DNA of 64,000 nt, taken from the IMG/VR virus record IMGVR_UViG_3300028888_000110. One strand, given 5' to 3'. Every line of letters begins with the position of its first letter. Positions within the stretch are counted from its first letter, which is position 1. This DNA is from a virus. Taxonomy: Duplodnaviria; Heunggongvirae; Uroviricota; Caudoviricetes. Below the pieces are notes generated by a model that was not told where the DNA came from, made no database searches, and worked only from the letters and a program-made list of their open reading frames with translations. Both the position numbers and the translations under genes were made by a program. This document shows, one piece after another, positions 59,861-64,000 of this stretch.

Positions 59861-62010
59861 TAGACCATTCTTTAAATTTGAAAGGAAGTCTCAGCTTGTC
59901 TCCTGTGGTTTCTGGTATCTCTCAGCCCGATATTCCTCTGCTAATTGCTGATTACTTTTTACGCTACCAATCTTGGCCACATCTTTTGTGGCGAGTTGGT
60001 CGTGGAACCAAGCAAAATAAAGCACAAGCATCATTCCAGAAACCTGGTCATCGTGTTTCTTTTTCTCTCATCTAGCAGAAGCTCTCCACTTTTTAAAATG
60101 GGATAACTCCTCAACTAATCCATTCTCTCAATAACAAGCTGGGTCAATATGTATCAAGTTAGTGTCAAAGAAACTGCTCCTAATCATTTCAATACACCGA
60201 GCCTTTCATACATTATGCCTAGCTCAAGGTTGATATGTGACATTACCTGTCCACTTGATAAGCATATCAACCGGCATTCAAAGCATTCACAATTCCCTGG
60301 CTGCAGCCCATCAACGAGAAGCATCTAATACTAAGTAAACAGGTTTTCATTTATTTTTCAAATCCTGAATAACCTGCTTCATTTTAGAAAACCTCTCATT
60401 ACTCTCCTTGGCTAAGTTATAAGTTTCTTTAATGTAATACTTTCAATCCTTAGCTCCAAGGATACAGAGTCAAGGGTTATCGAAGGTATCAGCTTCATCG
60501 TAACCTACAACCCGATAGTCACATTCACTAGGGCAGGCTAGCTGCACTCATTCAACATTGAATACGGTTTGGTCTGTGGAATATTCTCCATAGTATTCGG
60601 CAAGCATATAATCATAACCTCTAGCGTTTAAGACTCTTATTACCTGGGCTTGTTTCTGTTCTTCTGTTAAGAATTCAACATCATCCATTGTAAAATGTAA
60701 AGCTACTTCTGGACGACGCTGAATAAACTCAGCTCTCATCTTTTCAAAATCTCAATTCTTTATTTTCCTTAAATAATCCTTTCTATCCTTACATAGATGC
60801 AACCCATATTTAATCCATATATCATGAATAAGCACATCTATAGGTTCATATTCTCTTTGGTTCTTATAAGCATTAAGCCAACCTTTATAGAAGTTTCAGG
60901 CTTGTGTATTTGGTCAAATCGTTGAAATGAGTGTCACTAATGAGTCTGCTGTAGACATAGCAGTTCATACATAATCCCAATCCAAGTAATCAGCTTCGTC
61001 TCACACAAACTTTCTAGTTCTACGACTACGAGTAGGGTCATTCTGATTTGTAGTCACATATTCAAGCTTCCTTTGTTTATCTCCGTCCACAATGTAAAGC
61101 CCCGAACTATCTGGAAGTTTATTACAGAAGCTAGGTAAATCTATAAGATTATTTAACATCTGCTGAGCATAAACCATATATGGTGCATTCTGTTTTTGGC
61201 TTAACCCCATATAAAGTTGTGTCCATTCCTGCACTCTTTCATTATTGTCAGTAATCTCCTTTAACAAATATCAAGCCATATCTCAGTTAATATAGAGAGA
61301 TTTACCTCATCACCTAGGACCAATTACATATGTCACTCATCAACTCAATAACCACACCATCATCTGCCAACGCTGCAAAACAAATCAATGAAATGTCTTT
61401 CAACTATCAGCTAGCATGGCCTCAAATAGCTTTGGCTTATATACTCAAAATACATTTGTCTTATATTCAGTACCCTGTACATTATATGAAATAGAGAAGT
61501 CATCTCATAAATCCCAATCAAGATATTCTGTTTTATTTAGATTCTTTTTATTTTTACCCATAGGGATTTTTAATGGACTAACTCTGAATTGTCATAGTAT
61601 GATATCTTTCATTATGCAAAGGGCTAATACATTTTTTGTGCTCTCCAAAGCAGATACATCCTCTTTTTCTCTTCTATGAAATACTCAATTTATATCTAAT
61701 TGGTAATCATCTAGAAACTTCGATAAAATAAATTCCATCCTAGTAGATACCGCTCACTTTGTAACAAAGGTTAAGAATTTAGTATCGATATCTTGCTTAA
61801 GTAATTTGTCGGTCCCCAATGGAATTTGTACAGGTATATCTAAATCTGGAGGGCGCTTGATGGTTATTGTGACCATAAGTTTTTTATTCTTTTCATATCG
61901 CTCCTCGGCTTCACGAGGCTCAAGAGTGAATTTTAGATTCATCTTATCCCCGTTATAAAATAATCATCATTTATCATCCTGAAAATCTTTATACAAAAAT
62001 CATCGTGCCA
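59855..62010 (-). CDS. terL: terminase large subunit (about 718 aa)
   Basis: Walker A VIGPRGGGKS, with the two central Gly encoded by TGA (+ coordinates about 61301-61325). Walker B FVGDEADYL. Coupling motif LISTIG. C-terminal RNase-H-like nuclease region containing VVGYDEADTFDN. Track ORFs 61001-61267 and 60548-60739 are fragments of it. Confidence 0.7.
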
Positions 62011-62012
62011 TA

Positions 62013-62952
62013 TTATGTAGGTATAATATAAAACCATTTTTCTCGTTCATTTGGTTGATACTTAACTAGGTAAGTATCCCATAAGATATATATTTTTAAA
62101 TCATCTGTTTTCTTTTTTAGCCAATCCATTCTTTTTTTATGTAGCTCATCAACTGTATCTTTAGTTAGCCAAGGTATATTATTCTCTAGACAAGGACGGT
62201 ATATATTCCCCGCCTGGCTAATAATCACATCCCCTACGAGGAAACTAACTCTACCTAAATAAACTTCACTAATTATATATTTATCTCTAAGCATAGCAGA
62301 GGCTACACTACATACTTGATTCATCGATATATCTGTATTATCTACAAGCTTTCTCATGTTTCATCAAGTAGCTCGCATAGGGTTTTTTGTGAGAGATTGT
62401 CTCTTAGATAGTTTTAAATCTCCTAAGCTTATCTCGTTTATATGTGGCTTCAAATATTCATAAGCCCTATCTTGTATTCTTCACAGATTTGTTAGCACTC
62501 ATCACAAATTAGCAAAGTTATAAACCATAACAGGTTTAATATAAGCTTCTTCCTTGGATGGTTTAACCCAATTTAATCTAGAAACTCGTCGAGAAAATTT
62601 AAACTTCCCCTCGTAATTAATATCATCGTCTCTAAATTTTTGTGTGTAATATTTATCTCGATTAATTATTTCTGGGACATCGGCATAAATTTCATCAATG
62701 AGCTCTCACACAAACAATTCTTCTTCCTTCTTTTTCTCTTGATATTTCTTTTTTATCTCCTTTCTTCTATTTTTGTAATATTCTTTCTGATACCAATCTC
62801 GATATGCCTCTTCTCACATTTTCTCTTTCATCTCTTTAGCTATTTCCTTTTTGGATTTTATTTCCTTTTCTTTTGCCTTCAGAATCCTATGATAGCTTCA
62901 TTTTTGTTTTGGATTTTCTATAATTTCTCATTGTAAATCGTTGAATAGTGAC
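62013..62952 (-). CDS. hypothetical protein (about 313 aa) upstream of terL, possible small terminase subunit/DNA-binding protein
   Basis: Lys/Glu-rich N-terminus (KEKEIKSKKEIAKEMKEK...). Ends ...FYIIPT at a genuine TAA (62013-62015), 3 nt before the terL start. Includes track ORF 62013-62357. Confidence 0.35.
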
Positions 62953-62969
62953 ATAATGGTGTAATGGGT

Positions 62970-63060
62970 AAATATTATTCTCTATTAATAGATTATATTT
63001 TTTTGGGGCGAAATAAAAAAAATTCTTTTGACTTTTTTATTTTTACTGTAGAAATATGTA
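62970..63060. promoter_or_regulatory. divergent promoter region: late-promoter-like box (copy 4, minus strand) plus + strand TTGACT-N15-TAGAAAT-like element
   Basis: + strand: CTCTATTAATAGATTATATTTTTTTGGGGCGAAATAAAAAAAATTCTTTTGACTTTTTTATTTTTACTGTAGAAATATG. Also the palindrome GAGAAAAATTTTCTC at 63124-63138. Confidence 0.4.
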
Positions 63061-63183
63061 GTGCAAATCTGGTCTAACAAAATGTTATAAAAATTTGACA
63101 AAATTTTATAATCTATTGTTAGAGAGAAAAATTTTCTCTTGAAATTTTATTTGGCACAGATATTTTCTAGCCAAGTAAACAGA

Positions 63184-63275
63184 CAAAACCCCGGTAATTG
63201 CGTTACATAGGAAGTCAGGGCCTATGGCAATGCGCTTCTATGTAACACCCTGACAACAGTTGTCGGGGTTTTTGT
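63184..63275 (+). ncRNA. GC-rich structured RNA-like element with H-type pseudoknot topology in the divergent intergenic region (possible origin-associated structure, riboregulator or ribozyme-like RNA)
   Basis: Outer stem CAAAACCCCGG / CGGGGTTTTTG. Stem 1 GTTACATAG(63202-63210) pairs with CTATGTAAC(63238-63246). Stem 2 GTCAGGG(63214-63220) pairs with CCCTGAC(63248-63254). The order s1-s2-s1'-s2' forms a pseudoknot. No ORF, and GC content is far above local background. Confidence 0.35.
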
Positions 63276-63337
63276 TTACTCATAAAATAATCAAACGAAA
63301 AAATACTACCATTTACCCATTTACCCACCAAACAAAA

Positions 63338-64000
63338 ATGCCAAACATTCAATTAGAAATGATGAGAGAGAAATATCCTCACTTCAAAGAATGCACTATT
63401 CAACTTTTTGATGACACAAAACAATGAAGAGATTTGGCTAGGAAACTAGACCAAAACAAATTCTCTGATGAAGATTTGGAAAGATGATTAGAGGCATACA
63501 ACAAAAAATGAGCGGGGGTATTCTTTTCTATAAACTCAATGTTGCCTTGAGAAAGAGACAAAACTAGTGTGACAAGGGTAAATGCTTGGGCGTGCGAGGT
63601 AGATGACCTTAGCAAAGAAGACCAACTGAAGTTAATTTCAGTGGCTCCTCTGGCCCCAAGCCTCATAATAGAAAGCCACAAAAGTTTCCATATGTATCGG
63701 TTTGCTAAAGATGGGACAATAGAAAATTGGACAAAGGTATGTCGATGACTTAGAAATTTTTTTGGCTGAGACCCAGCAATAGCAAGTGACATATCAAGAG
63801 TGCTACGTGTTCCTTGATACAACCATATGAAGGATGCCAACAATCCATTTATGTGCGACATTATCGATTGAAATTGAGAATATTATACAGAAGAAGAAAT
63901 GCTCAAAGCTTATCCAGACACAGAAACATTAGCAGACAAAGAGGCTAGAGCTATTAAAAAAGAACAGCAATTAAAACAAGCTGTATGAAATGATGATGCA
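63338..64000 (+). CDS. primase-polymerase (AEP-superfamily)-like replication protein, 5' partial at window end
   Basis: Leader AAACAAAAATG. The code-25 frame stays open to the window end. AGVFFSINSM...VNAWACEVDD...LIIESHKSFHMYRFAKDG resembles bifunctional primase/polymerase N-terminal motifs. Tentative. The minus-strand track ORF 63400-63861 is probably spurious. Confidence 0.35.

Noticed and set aside
63400-63861. Minus-strand ORF 63400-63861 from the track
   Set aside because: It overlaps a + strand frame that stays open under table 25 and carries primase-like motifs. The minus ORF product is low-complexity.
1-64000. TGA as tryptophan (code 4, Mycoplasma/Spiroplasma-like)
   Set aside because: TGA falls at invariant Gly positions of the P-loop, the PCQ/GD MTase motifs and the MPP GDxxDxG motif. 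Trp there would be incompatible.
1-64000. CRISPR array
   Set aside because: No series of regularly spaced identical direct repeats with unique spacers was seen. The only tandem repeats are the 84-bp in-gene duplication and short promoter-like boxes.

Overview
All coordinates come from hand translation of the raw sequence, so most gene boundaries are approximate (a few nt to one codon) and a few hand-derived spans are not exact multiples of three. The window is recoded: TGA is a sense codon that sits at conserved glycine positions. Examples are the C5-methyltransferase motifs IEI-G-DV and DLVI-G-GSPCQGFS, the terminase P-loop GPRG-G-GKS (two TGAs), and the metallophosphoesterase GDLVD-G-SG. 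That fits translation table 25 (Gracilibacteria/Absconditabacteria-type, TGA=Gly), so the supplied standard-code ORF track fragments nearly every real gene. Retranslated with TGA=Gly, the window reads as a phage or prophage genome of a code-25 host in three blocks. Block 1 (1-18.3 kb, + strand) holds a tRNA-like/structured-RNA cluster and many small membrane and Cys-rich proteins. It also holds an SPFH (band-7) protein, a C5 cytosine methyltransferase split by a LAGLIDADG intein exactly at its catalytic PCQ cysteine, an HNH endonuclease, a sigma-70-family factor, a RusA-like resolvase, and an HslV-like Ntn peptidase. It ends at a bidirectional terminator (18281-18310). Block 2 (18.3-63 kb, minus strand) is the morphogenesis and lysis module. 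Read 5' to 3' it contains a putative small terminase, TerL, a 1012-aa protein, and a roughly 3300-aa giant ORF (46509-56423). The giant ORF has a diphtheria-toxin-like ADP-ribosyltransferase signature (FHGTTKPGF / YFTSS) and a zincin HExxH motif, making it a candidate polyvalent injected protein. It is followed by a portal-like protein, a scaffold, the major capsid protein, a tail gene set, and an array of paralogous repeat-rich tail-fibre/receptor-binding genes. A lysis cassette (holin, papain-like peptidase, membrane protein, metallophosphoesterase) is flanked by two paralogous HNH_3 homing endonucleases, and the block ends in further structural genes. Block 3 (63.0-64.0 kb) has a divergent promoter region with a GC-rich pseudoknotted RNA-like element and the start of an AEP-type primase-like gene on the + strand. 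Repeated regulatory motifs occur throughout: a late-promoter-like TCTATATATAGATTATAT...TATAACTTTT box (4 copies), an AAACAAAAACAAAAATG leader, and TTGAAAAATGTGTAAAATG tandems.
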